From assembly GCA_035696345.1 (NCBI GenBank), contig DASRQU010000061.1, forward strand, positions 4,599 to 68,598: a stretch of 64,000 nucleotides of DNA. Direction: 5' to 3'. The stretch is from Candidatus Acidiferrales bacterium (GTDB taxonomy: Bacteria > Acidobacteriota > Terriglobia > Acidiferrales > UBA7541). Of the stretch, positions 1-8,094 are shown one piece after another. Made by a program: the position numbers and the translations under genes. Under the pieces are notes generated by a model. The model was not told where the DNA came from. It saw only the letters and a list, made by a program, of their open reading frames with translations, and ran no database searches. Position 1 is the stretch's first letter. The number at the start of each line of letters is the position of its first letter.

Positions 1-492
1 AACGCGCTCATCGCTTCCGCTTCGCCGAATCCTTCCACGGAAGGCAAAATTAGAAAAGCGTTCGGCGCGCACTTTGTGGAAGTGGAAGTAGACACCGAAC
101 TGGGGCGCGTGCACGTTCTGAAATACGTTGCCGTGCATGACTCGGGGCGCATCATCAATCCCCTCACCGCCGAGAGCCAGATTAAAGGCGCCGTAACACA
201 AGGCATCGGCATGGCGCTGCACGAAGATCTAATTTATGACCGCGCGAGCGGCCAGCCGATCAACGCGGGCTACTATGGCGCGCGCGTCATGACGCATATG
301 GACGCGCCCGACGTCGAAGTTATCTTCATCGAGAGCGATGACGGCTACGGACCCTTTGGAGCCAAGTGCATCGGCGAAGCGGGAATTGTTCACGCCGTGG
401 CGGCCATCGGCAACGCCGTTTTTAATGCCACTGGCCACCGCATGAAAGATTTACCAATTTCGCGCGACAAGATTTTGGAGGCCACGGCATGA
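1..492 (+). CDS. Molybdopterin-binding large subunit of a xanthine dehydrogenase/aldehyde oxidoreductase family enzyme (C-terminal fragment, 5' end outside window)
   Basis: Frame 1 is open from nt 1 (NALIASASPNPSTEGKIRKAFGAHFVEVEVD...). The C-terminal motifs GPFGAKCIGEAG and AAIGNAVFNATG are typical of CoxL/PaoC/XdhB-type Moco subunits. The stop overlaps the next start (ATGA at 489-492). Confidence 0.85.
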   Translation, partial: NALIASASPNPSTEGKIRKAFGAHFVEVEVDTELGRVHVLKYVAVHDSGRIINPLTAESQIKGAVTQGIGMALHEDLIYDRASGQPINAGYYGARVMTHMDAPDVEVIFIESDDGYGPFGAKCIGEAGIVHAVAAIGNAVFNATGHRMKDLPISRDKILEATA

Positions 493-1481
493 AAACCTTC
501 GCCAACAAAAACGCGCAGAGCATCGAGCAGGCAGTTTCGCTCATGCAGCAGGCCCGCAAAGATGGGCAGGTAACCTCGGTGGCCGGAGGCGGCAGTGATT
601 TGCTGGGCATGGTGAAAGAATATCTCGTAAAACCGGATATTCTCGTGAGCCTGAAAACTGTTAAAGGTCACGATCAGGTCGTGGCCGCTGCGGGCGGCAA
701 TGTGGACATCGGCGGCCTCATCACGCTGGACAATCTGCGCAGCCATTCGCTCGTGCGCAGCAAATACGCCGTTCTGGCGGAGGCCGCGGAAGTCGTGGCC
801 ACGCCGCAGATTCGTAACGTTGGCACTCTCGCTGGAAATGTTTGCCAGCGGCCGTGGTGCTGGTATTTCCGCAACGGTTTTCCGTGCCTGAAAAATGACG
901 GCGACCAGTGTTTTTCAATTACCGGCGATAACCGGTTTCATGCAATTTTTGGCGGCGGCCCCAGCTTCATCGTGCATCCGTCGGACACCGCGCCCGCACT
1001 CGTCGCGCTCGAAGCAAAGTTCCGCGTCGTTGGACCGTCCGGCGAACGCATGGTTCCCGCCGCGGAATTTTTTATTTTGCCGCAGCGGGACGCCAAGAAA
1101 GAAAATGTGCTGGCCGAAGACGAAGTTTTGACCGGAGTGCAACTCCCCGCCGCGGGTGCGGGCCGCCGCAGCACTTATAACAAAGTACTCGACCGCGAAG
1201 CGTGGACCCACGCCGTCGTCAGCGTCGCCGTTGTGCTCGATATCGACAAAAATATTTGCCAGCGCGCGCGCATCGTTCTCGGCGGCGTCGCGCCAGTTCC
1301 CTGGCGCCTGCAAAAAGTCGAAGCTTTGCTCGTCGGCCATCGCATCACACCCGAACTAGCAGCCAAAGCCGGCGAAGCCGCCATCGTGGGCGCGCAAAAA
1401 CTTTCCAAGAACGCATACAAGTTGCCCATGACAAAGGCGCTAGTCCGCCGCACAGTTCTCGATCTGGCGACACGCGCGTAA
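489..1481 (+). CDS. FAD-binding medium subunit of the same molybdoenzyme (PaoB/CoxM type)
   Basis: 330 aa. AGGGSDLLGMVKE is an FAD-binding motif. The four-Cys segment CQRPWCWYFRNGFPCLKNDGDQC resembles the extra Fe-S segment of PaoB-type subunits. Translationally coupled to the upstream subunit. Confidence 0.85.
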   Translation: MKTFANKNAQSIEQAVSLMQQARKDGQVTSVAGGGSDLLGMVKEYLVKPDILVSLKTVKGHDQVVAAAGGNVDIGGLITLDNLRSHSLVRSKYAVLAEAAEVVATPQIRNVGTLAGNVCQRPWCWYFRNGFPCLKNDGDQCFSITGDNRFHAIFGGGPSFIVHPSDTAPALVALEAKFRVVGPSGERMVPAAEFFILPQRDAKKENVLAEDEVLTGVQLPAAGAGRRSTYNKVLDREAWTHAVVSVAVVLDIDKNICQRARIVLGGVAPVPWRLQKVEALLVGHRITPELAAKAGEAAIVGAQKLSKNAYKLPMTKALVRRTVLDLATRA

Positions 1482-1482
1482 C

Positions 1483-1854
1483 GTGCGGCAATCGCCGACC
1501 CCTTGCCGCGCATTTCTAAATTTAACGACCGCGTCCGGCGCACCCGATTTCGTACCTATGGCCCAAACTCTGAATCGCCGCGATCTCCTGCTGCTCGGCA
1601 TCAACCGCCGCCAGCGCTCAGTCGACGTCTCTTGCGAATGGCTGTATATGAAGTACAGCGACACCCTGCTGGACAACACCACGCACGACCTGTTCGACCG
1701 CCTCCAATCCGAATTGCGCAGCGTCGAGACAATTCGCCTCATGGATTCATCATGGCTAACGCGACAGGATTTTAAAGAGTGGCTAGACCCGATCTTCGCC
1801 GGCCTCCGTGCTCGCGGGGCACGAATTGTTCACTGCTCTGATAACAGTAAATAG
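1483..1854 (+). CDS. Hypothetical small protein; start uncertain (GTG 1483 or ATG 1558)
   Basis: The ORF begins 1 nt after the FAD-subunit stop. From ATG 1558 it reads MAQTLNRRDLLLLGINRRQR..., a Tat-like RR motif that is not followed by a hydrophobic h-region. No recognisable family and no clear SD. Confidence 0.4.
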   Translation: MRQSPTPCRAFLNLTTASGAPDFVPMAQTLNRRDLLLLGINRRQRSVDVSCEWLYMKYSDTLLDNTTHDLFDRLQSELRSVETIRLMDSSWLTRQDFKEWLDPIFAGLRARGARIVHCSDNSK

Positions 1855-2131
1855 CTCAAATCAAACCTTCGTCAAAAACTCCTGAACGATTCGCGTAGAC
1901 GATCTTGGCGGGAAACCCTCGCCGCCGGCGCTCCAAATGACTTTGCAGGTCCCCAATGGAATACAGGCTTTACCGGATTGGGGAAAAAATCGCTTGGAGC
2001 GATATTGGGTAGCAGTTAGACAGCCCTTTCCGCCGCACGGATCGCCCGCGTCCATGCCGCTTCGAAATCGTCCACGTACCCGGGGGAACAAATTTAGAAA
2101 CCCTTTTAAGCTGACCGAAGGAGGACGTTCC

Positions 2132-2713
2132 ATGACACCAATCGTCGGGGTTTTTCGAACCAGATCCGAGGCGGAGCAATCTCTCGCGGCACTGACTTCG
2201 GCTGACATTCCCAAGAGCCGGATCCACCTCCTGACTCCGGAAGTGAGTAAAGAAGAGTTATCCTCGATACAGGTGATGGAGGCGGAAGAGCCCGGAATGG
2301 GGAAAGCAATCGGCGCCGTTGTCGGCGGAGCGGTAGGATTGGCAGGCGGGTTCGAGGTGGCGGAAGTTTTGTTATCGCTTGTGCCGGGGATAGGCGCTGT
2401 ATTGGCGATCGGTCTATCGAGCGCAGCCTTGTTGACAGCTTTGGGGGCATTTGGCGGTGGGTCGATTGGCGGCGCGTTTGAGAATGCGGTATTTAAGGGA
2501 CTGCCTGAAGAGGAATTCTTTGTTTACAAAGACGCTTTGCGCCAAGGTCGCAATGTACTGATCGTCACTCCCAAAAGCAGAGAAGAAGAAAACCTGGTAC
2601 GGGAAAAGCTGCTGGCTTCCGGCGCTGAGAGCGTCGACCGGGCCCGGAAGGAAAAATGGCTTGGGCTGAAGGACGAAGGAAAGGAAAAGTACCAGCCCGG
2701 TAGGAAGTCCTGA
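2132..2713 (+). CDS. General-stress-type membrane protein (YflT-like N-domain plus glycine-zipper segment)
   Basis: ATG at 2132 is preceded by GAAGGAGGA. The N-terminus MTPIVGVFRTRSEAEQSLAAL resembles the general stress protein 17M-like domain. The central part GKAIGAVVGGAVGLAGG...GAFGGGSIGGA is a Gly-zipper. Confidence 0.6.
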   Translation: MTPIVGVFRTRSEAEQSLAALTSADIPKSRIHLLTPEVSKEELSSIQVMEAEEPGMGKAIGAVVGGAVGLAGGFEVAEVLLSLVPGIGAVLAIGLSSAALLTALGAFGGGSIGGAFENAVFKGLPEEEFFVYKDALRQGRNVLIVTPKSREEENLVREKLLASGAESVDRARKEKWLGLKDEGKEKYQPGRKS

Positions 2714-2746
2714 AGTAGTTAACCGCGACCCTCGAGGCAAATTAAA

Positions 2747-3226
2747 ATGATAGACGAGCGAAAAGATGGAAAAGCGCAACCGGTACCAGTGGTTGAAGCC
2801 GATGTTTTCGATCGGATGAACGAAACGAAAGAGCTGATTGCTCAGCGAGCGTATGAAATTTATCAGTCCCGCGGTGGCGAGCACGGATTCGATCAAGACG
2901 ACTGGCTCAAAGCCGAAGGAGAACTTCTCCCGAGATTCGACGTCGACTACGACGTAAGTGCCTCGTCACTCCGATTAACCGCGCACGTTCCCGGCTTTGA
3001 TGCGGCGGATTTGGAAGTGGAAGTCGGACACCAACGCGCGGTCGTTTGCGGTATTCACCTTAACTCCGGTCAGACTGCAGACAACCATCATCGTCACAAA
3101 AAAGTCATGCGCATTATCGATCTCCCTTTCGACGTGGATCCGGAATCAGCGCAAGCAACGCTCCGGAGCGAAACATTACAAATCGTGCTGCCTCGCTTGC
3201 AGCATTCAGATATTTCCGAACTGTAA
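2747..3226 (+). CDS. DUF2934-Hsp20 (alpha-crystallin domain) fusion protein
   Basis: RAYEIYQSRGGEHGFDQDDWLKAEGELL matches the short DUF2934 motif. The C-terminal half (LRLTAHVPGFDAADLEVEV...LQIVLPR) is Hsp20/ACD-like. Confidence 0.7.
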   Translation: MIDERKDGKAQPVPVVEADVFDRMNETKELIAQRAYEIYQSRGGEHGFDQDDWLKAEGELLPRFDVDYDVSASSLRLTAHVPGFDAADLEVEVGHQRAVVCGIHLNSGQTADNHHRHKKVMRIIDLPFDVDPESAQATLRSETLQIVLPRLQHSDISEL

Positions 3227-3648
3227 ACACCAAGCCACTTTTGGTTGAAGTGTCGGGTCTCGCCGGATGCCGTACCGTTTGCGCTTTTGCAAAGGGTGCG
3301 GGTTTAGATTCACTTTCAATCGAGGCGGCCGGGCAAGAGGTTGACGCGGCTTGACAGGGCACAGCCGTTGGAAACGGGGCATCTCTAACATTTACTGGCA
3401 ATGCCCTGTCAACGAGCTATCGTTTTCCGGAACAATTTCCGCTGACAGCTCCGGGGAAACTTTCTACAACGTATCGATAACCTTCAGCTCCTCGCCGTGC
3501 GCGTTCCCCAACCAAACGGCCACAGGCGTCGGAGTCTATTACTTGCTACGCAAACAATTTTGAAGCTGAGAATCGCGGTCGATTCCTCCAATCGACTCGC
3601 AATGGATTTTCTCATTGCAGCCTCCTTTTCGAGTTACAATCCCGGCTT

Positions 3649-5034
3649 ATGCGACACTCGATGCGGTACGTATTTTGTTTGCTGGCGATTAGTTTCGCGG
3701 GATTGGCGCGCGCGCAGCAATCTTCCACCGGCGCGCCTCCGGCAAAAGCACCGGCGAAAAAATCTCCCGCTGCGTCGCAGAGTGCGCCGAAACCAAAAAC
3801 GGACGTGCCGCCGGCGCCAGATGCACAGGATGCGACGCCCGATGCGGACGCCGAACTGCAGATCCTCGTGCGCCAGGCCGCAAACGATCCGGCGACGCTG
3901 ATAAAAAATCTGGAATCGTATCTCTCTCGGTATCCGGATTCCCCTCGCCGCGGAGCCATTTACCGCGCGCTGACCGAATCGAACATGAATTTGCACAATT
4001 CGCAAGCCGCGCTCGACTATGCCGAAAAGACGATTGTGCTGCAGCCGGAAGACAGCCAGTCCATGTATCTCGCCGTAACGCTACTTGAAAAAATGCCAGG
4101 CGACGCGAACCAGCAGAAGGCCATCGATTACGCCACGCGCCTGATCGACCGCGTCTCCAAAGCAGACCCCGATTCGCGCCCGCAACAAATGACGCTGGAA
4201 GATTGGCAGTCGGGACGGAACAAATTTTTGGTCGATCTCTACGTCGTGCGTGGGCGCATTCAGCGCAATTTGCATAAGAGTGATGACGCCGTAAAAGATC
4301 TCACCATTGGGTTCCGCATGCTGCCCGACGCAGAAGCCGCATTAACGCTGGGCGAAATTGCGGAAGAAGGAAGGCATTCGGACGAAGCGATTCGCCAATA
4401 CGCCACCGCATTCATGCTGGCCGGCCAGGAGCAATCGGATTCCAACGGCCCGCCGCTGGATCGCGAAATGCTCCGCGCGCGCATGGGAAATCTGTGGCAC
4501 TACTCTCATCCCACGTCGTCTGGCCTCGGCGACATCTTGCTATCGGCCTATGACACGAACCGCGATACCGCAAAGGCCGACAAGGCGGACCCGCCGGTCC
4601 ACAACAAGGGCGTCAGCGATCCGCTGCAATTCAGCCTGCGACACATCGATGGGAGCGCCGCTACGAAATTATCGGAGTCGCATGGCAAAGTGGTCGTGCT
4701 GAATTTCTGGACTACGTGGTGCGTGTATTGCACCTCGCTGGAATCGATGCTCGCGGATGTGCGCTCAAAATTTGCCGGGCGTGACGATGTGTTGTTTCTT
4801 AACGTGAACGCCGACGAGGATGAATCGGTGGTTGCGCCCTTTTTGCAGCAGCAAAAATTCGGGGGCAGTTCTGTGTTTGCGGATGGCGTGAATCAGGCGT
4901 TCAAAGTTGAATCCCTACCCACGGTCCTGGTGCTGGATAAATCCGGGAAAATCGCGTATCGCGTGCAAGGCTTCGCGCCTGATGGCTTCGCCGATCTCGC
5001 CATTGCATCCATCACCAAGGCCGCAGCGCAGTAG
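3649..5034 (+). CDS. Secreted TPR-repeat / TlpA-like thioredoxin-fold thiol:disulfide oxidoreductase
   Basis: Signal peptide MRYVFCLLAISFAGLARAQ. TPR-like helical middle region. The C-terminal redoxin domain carries VVLNFWTTWCVYC (CxxC). Confidence 0.8.
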   Translation: MRHSMRYVFCLLAISFAGLARAQQSSTGAPPAKAPAKKSPAASQSAPKPKTDVPPAPDAQDATPDADAELQILVRQAANDPATLIKNLESYLSRYPDSPRRGAIYRALTESNMNLHNSQAALDYAEKTIVLQPEDSQSMYLAVTLLEKMPGDANQQKAIDYATRLIDRVSKADPDSRPQQMTLEDWQSGRNKFLVDLYVVRGRIQRNLHKSDDAVKDLTIGFRMLPDAEAALTLGEIAEEGRHSDEAIRQYATAFMLAGQEQSDSNGPPLDREMLRARMGNLWHYSHPTSSGLGDILLSAYDTNRDTAKADKADPPVHNKGVSDPLQFSLRHIDGSAATKLSESHGKVVVLNFWTTWCVYCTSLESMLADVRSKFAGRDDVLFLNVNADEDESVVAPFLQQQKFGGSSVFADGVNQAFKVESLPTVLVLDKSGKIAYRVQGFAPDGFADLAIASITKAAAQ

Positions 5035-5050
5035 GATTTAAGTGGCTTTT

Positions 5051-5133
5051 AGTAGGACGGGCTTCAGCCTGTCTGCCGTTGATCTTCACCTATTGCAGAA
5101 GTCAAAAGCAGACAGGCTGAAGCCCGTCCTACT
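5051..5133. repeat. Paired REP-like element, GTAG-stem-TTCA-stem family (two inverted 24-nt arms)
   Basis: The arms are AGTAGGACGGGCTTCAGCCTGTCT (5051-5074) and AGACAGGCTGAAGCCCGTCCTACT (5110-5133). Each arm is itself a 7-bp hairpin with a TTCA loop. The right arm overlaps the stop of the 5129..6040 gene. Confidence 0.85.
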
Positions 5134-6040
5134 GGCCCGACAAAACATCGCGCGCTGCCACGATCGTATTTACGTGGATTTGCACTGTATCCGCGACGCG
5201 ACGCGCGTAGCCGCCGGCCAGGGTGGATGCCACGGGAATACCTCGCCGCCGCGCATGCTTGAACACCAACGTGTCGCGTTGGCGCAATCCCTCCAGCGTC
5301 AATGCTAGGCCGCCGAGTTGATCTTCGCGAAACGGGTCTGCGCCGCCCACGTAAAAAATAATGTCCGGTGTCATCTTCTTCAGCGAGTGCAGCAAGCCTT
5401 CCTCGAGCGCATCGAGATATTCGTGATCGCGAGTGGCGTCCGGCAGCCCGATGTCCTCGTCCGAAGGCGGCTTGGGCTCGGGATAATTATTTTGCTGATG
5501 AATGGAAAGTGTAAAAACGGTCGGATCTTCCATAAAAATCGCGGCCGTACCATTGCCATGGTGGACGTCTGTATCCACGGTCATCGCCGTTCGTATCTTC
5601 CCTGCCGCCTGCAGCGAGCGGATCGCCACGGCCACGTCATGAATCATGCAAAAACCTTCGCCATGCCCAGGATACGCGTGGTGAAAGCCCCCGCCAAGAT
5701 TGGCCGCGAATCCGTCCTCCAGCGCCCTCATGCCCGCAAGTGTCGATCCTCCTGCGGCGAGCCAGAAGCCATTGCGCGTCAACTCCGTCAACGGTATTTC
5801 CAGTTTCATGCGTTCGCTCAAGGTAAGCGAATCGTTCAGCAGCTTGTTCACATAGGCATGCGTGTGAACGCGCAAGATGTCTTCATTCGGTGCGGGCTGC
5901 GGCTCCAGAAAATCGCCGGCGTCGGCGATGCCTTCAGCGAGCAACGCCTCGCGAATCAGCCTGAATTTTTGCGAGGGAAAAACGTGCGTGCCTAAATCGA
6001 GATCGTATCCGTGGTGATAAATGACCTTAAAGGGCAGCAT
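5129..6040 (-). CDS. Histone deacetylase-family (arginase/deacetylase fold) amidohydrolase
   Basis: GGGFHHAYPGHGEGFCMIHDVAVA and DTDVHHGNGT are classic HDAC/AcuC motifs. Confidence 0.9.
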   Translation of the reverse strand: MLPFKVIYHHGYDLDLGTHVFPSQKFRLIREALLAEGIADAGDFLEPQPAPNEDILRVHTHAYVNKLLNDSLTLSERMKLEIPLTELTRNGFWLAAGGSTLAGMRALEDGFAANLGGGFHHAYPGHGEGFCMIHDVAVAIRSLQAAGKIRTAMTVDTDVHHGNGTAAIFMEDPTVFTLSIHQQNNYPEPKPPSDEDIGLPDATRDHEYLDALEEGLLHSLKKMTPDIIFYVGGADPFREDQLGGLALTLEGLRQRDTLVFKHARRRGIPVASTLAGGYARRVADTVQIHVNTIVAARDVLSGQ

Positions 6041-6058
6041 GAGAAATCGGCAGGTTTT

Positions 6059-6125
6059 TGTAGCGCCCGCCTTCAGGCGGGCACTTCGGACTCAAATACA
6101 TGCTCGCCTGAAGGCGAGCTCTACA
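6059..6125. repeat. Paired REP-like element, TGTAGCGCCCGCCTTCAGGCGGGC family
   Basis: TGTAGCGCCCGCCTTCAGGCGGGCA ... GCTCGCCTGAAGGCGAGCTCTACA. Each arm is a GC hairpin with a TTCA/TGAA loop. Confidence 0.8.
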
Positions 6126-6181
6126 CAGGCGATTTCGACTTGTCGCAAAGACACGAGGCAGCTTCGAACCGATGGCTTCAA

Positions 6182-7129
6182 TTAATTGTCGCGTTCGAGA
6201 ATGAAATCCGGAACAGTTCGCAAAGCGCGACCGTAATCGGAGTTTGCGTTCCCGTTCAGGCAGGCTTTCGCGCGCGATGCAAAATCCAGCGCCGCCGCGC
6301 GCGTACGATCGAGCGCGCCCGACTTGTGCACAAGCTCGGTAATTTCTTCCGGCCGCACGCTGTCAAAACCTTTTTCTTCGAGCACGGTACGCACAAGGCG
6401 CTTCCCTGTTGCCCCATCGGTTTCCAGCGCGTAAATCAGCGGTAGTGTGACCTTGCCTTCTTTCAAATCGCTCAGCACAGGCTTGCCCAGCTTTTCGGGG
6501 GAAGCGGTGAAATCCAACACGTCATCTACCAACTGGAACGCGAGCCCCATGTAATGCCCGTAATCCGCCATGGCCTGCTCGCCCGCATCGCTCAGATTGC
6601 CCAGTACGGCGCCCAACCGGGCGCATCCCGCAAACAAGCACGCTGTCTTGCGCGCGGCAAGCTCCACCGCATCCTGCTCGGTCAAATCCATACGGCCGAG
6701 CTTGGCCAACTGGACGAGTTCGCCCTCGACCATGTTTTGCGTGAGTTCGATCAGAACGTCAAGGATCTTGAAATTTCGTTCGGCAAGCGCCATCTGAAAC
6801 GACTGCATGTAAAGCCAGTCACCGGCCAGGACACTGCGATGATTCCCCCAACGGGAATTTGCGGAGGGACGACCGCGGCGGGTATTCGCGCCATCAATTA
6901 CGTCATCATGGATCAGCGTGGCACTATGAATCAGCTCAACGACCGCACCGAGCCGAATTGCGCTCTCTCCACGATATCCGGCATATCCAGCGGAGAGTAG
7001 CAACAGGGCGGGGCGCAGGCGCTTCCCGCCGCCTTCGAGCAAGTAGCGCGAAATTTCCGCAACAGGTTCGATCGCTGAACCATTTTGGAGCGCAAGCTCC
7101 GCTTCGACCTTTACAAGGTCGTCGCGCAC
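6182..7129 (-). CDS. Polyprenyl diphosphate synthase (IspB/HepT-like, chain length not determinable)
   Basis: First and second Asp-rich motifs: LIHDDVIDGANTRRG and FQLVDDVLDF. Confidence 0.9.
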   Translation of the reverse strand: MRDDLVKVEAELALQNGSAIEPVAEISRYLLEGGGKRLRPALLLLSAGYAGYRGESAIRLGAVVELIHSATLIHDDVIDGANTRRGRPSANSRWGNHRSVLAGDWLYMQSFQMALAERNFKILDVLIELTQNMVEGELVQLAKLGRMDLTEQDAVELAARKTACLFAGCARLGAVLGNLSDAGEQAMADYGHYMGLAFQLVDDVLDFTASPEKLGKPVLSDLKEGKVTLPLIYALETDGATGKRLVRTVLEEKGFDSVRPEEITELVHKSGALDRTRAAALDFASRAKACLNGNANSDYGRALRTVPDFILERDN

Positions 7130-7152
7130 GAGATCGAATATTTCCTTCGCCG

Positions 7153-7983
7153 TCAGAAGTGAGATGACGTCCCCCTGGAGACTGACTGATCCCTATTTCC
7201 GGATTTGTCCAAACTAAAGAATCGCCGAAAGTTGCCCGAAGTTATTTCGGCTATTTCGTCCGCTGGCAAGTTTCTCACATTCCCGATGGTCTGCGCCACT
7301 TCCGCGACGTAGGCAGGCTCATTTCGCCTGCCGCGATGAGATTGGGGCGCCAGGAACGGCGAATCGGTTTCCACCAGCAAACGGTCGAGCGGAATTTCCT
7401 TTGCCACGTCTCGCAAATTTTGTGCCTTCGGATAGGTCACGTTCCCAGCGAAGGAAATCATGAAGCCCATTTCCATCCCACGGCGAGCTTCGTCCACTGT
7501 GCCCATGAAGCAATGGAATATACCCCCCAGGCCGGAACTTCGCCAGTCCTGGTCCAGGATATCCAGGCAATCCGGCCATGCGTCCCGGCAATGAATGATA
7601 ACCGGCTTGCCTGCTGCGCGCGCCTGGCTCAATTGATGGCGAAATACGCTGGCTTGCACGTCGCGCGGCGAGTGGTCGTAGTGATAATCGAGACCAATCT
7701 CGCCCCAAGCAATGAGACGCGGATGCTGAGCGATGCGTTCCAATTCGGCGTAGTGCGCGTCGGTGGCCTGCTTAGCTTCGTGCGGGTGGATTCCGGCTGC
7801 CGCGTAGATCCACTCGTGTGTTTCAGCATAAGGGAGCGCTGCGCCCAGCTTTTCCAGTTCAGGACCGTTGCCGATGGCGAGAACAGTGCCTACACCTGCG
7901 GCGCGCGCACGAGCGAGCATAGCGTCACGATCCGCGTCAAAATCGGCCACGTCCACATGCGCATGTGAGTCGGTGAGAGTCAT
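7153..7983 (-). CDS. TatD-family metal-dependent hydrolase
   Basis: Start chosen at MTLTDSHAHVD (HxH motif). The longer ORF to 8064 only translates a REP arm (..DRLKPILL..). Also has GEIGLDY, IHCRDA and ETDSPFL motifs. Confidence 0.85.
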   Translation of the reverse strand: MTLTDSHAHVDVADFDADRDAMLARARAAGVGTVLAIGNGPELEKLGAALPYAETHEWIYAAAGIHPHEAKQATDAHYAELERIAQHPRLIAWGEIGLDYHYDHSPRDVQASVFRHQLSQARAAGKPVIIHCRDAWPDCLDILDQDWRSSGLGGIFHCFMGTVDEARRGMEMGFMISFAGNVTYPKAQNLRDVAKEIPLDRLLVETDSPFLAPQSHRGRRNEPAYVAEVAQTIGNVRNLPADEIAEITSGNFRRFFSLDKSGNRDQSVSRGTSSHF

Positions 7984-7987
7984 GTTG

Positions 7988-8094
7988 AGTAGGATAGGCT
8001 TCAGCCTGTCTGGTTTAGTGTTACGGATGGTGCTATTCAGGGTCAGTTTTCTGCGCACTATCACAAACGAAAACAGGCTGAAGCCTGTTCTACT
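7988..8094. repeat. Paired REP-like element (GTAG-stem-TTCA family) filling the metG-tatD intergenic region
   Basis: AGTAGGATAGGCTTCAGCCTGTCT (7988-8011) and AAACAGGCTGAAGCCTGTTCTACT (8071-8094). The right arm overlaps the metG stop codon. Confidence 0.85.

Noticed and set aside
3351-3563. A 70-aa ORF in the 3227-3648 spacer whose middle (ISADSSGETFYNVSITFSSSPC..GVGVYY) looks vaguely beta-rich, possibly a gene remnant.
   Set aside because: There is no RBS, it overlaps the inverted repeat, and no family motif is present. I cannot distinguish it from chance.
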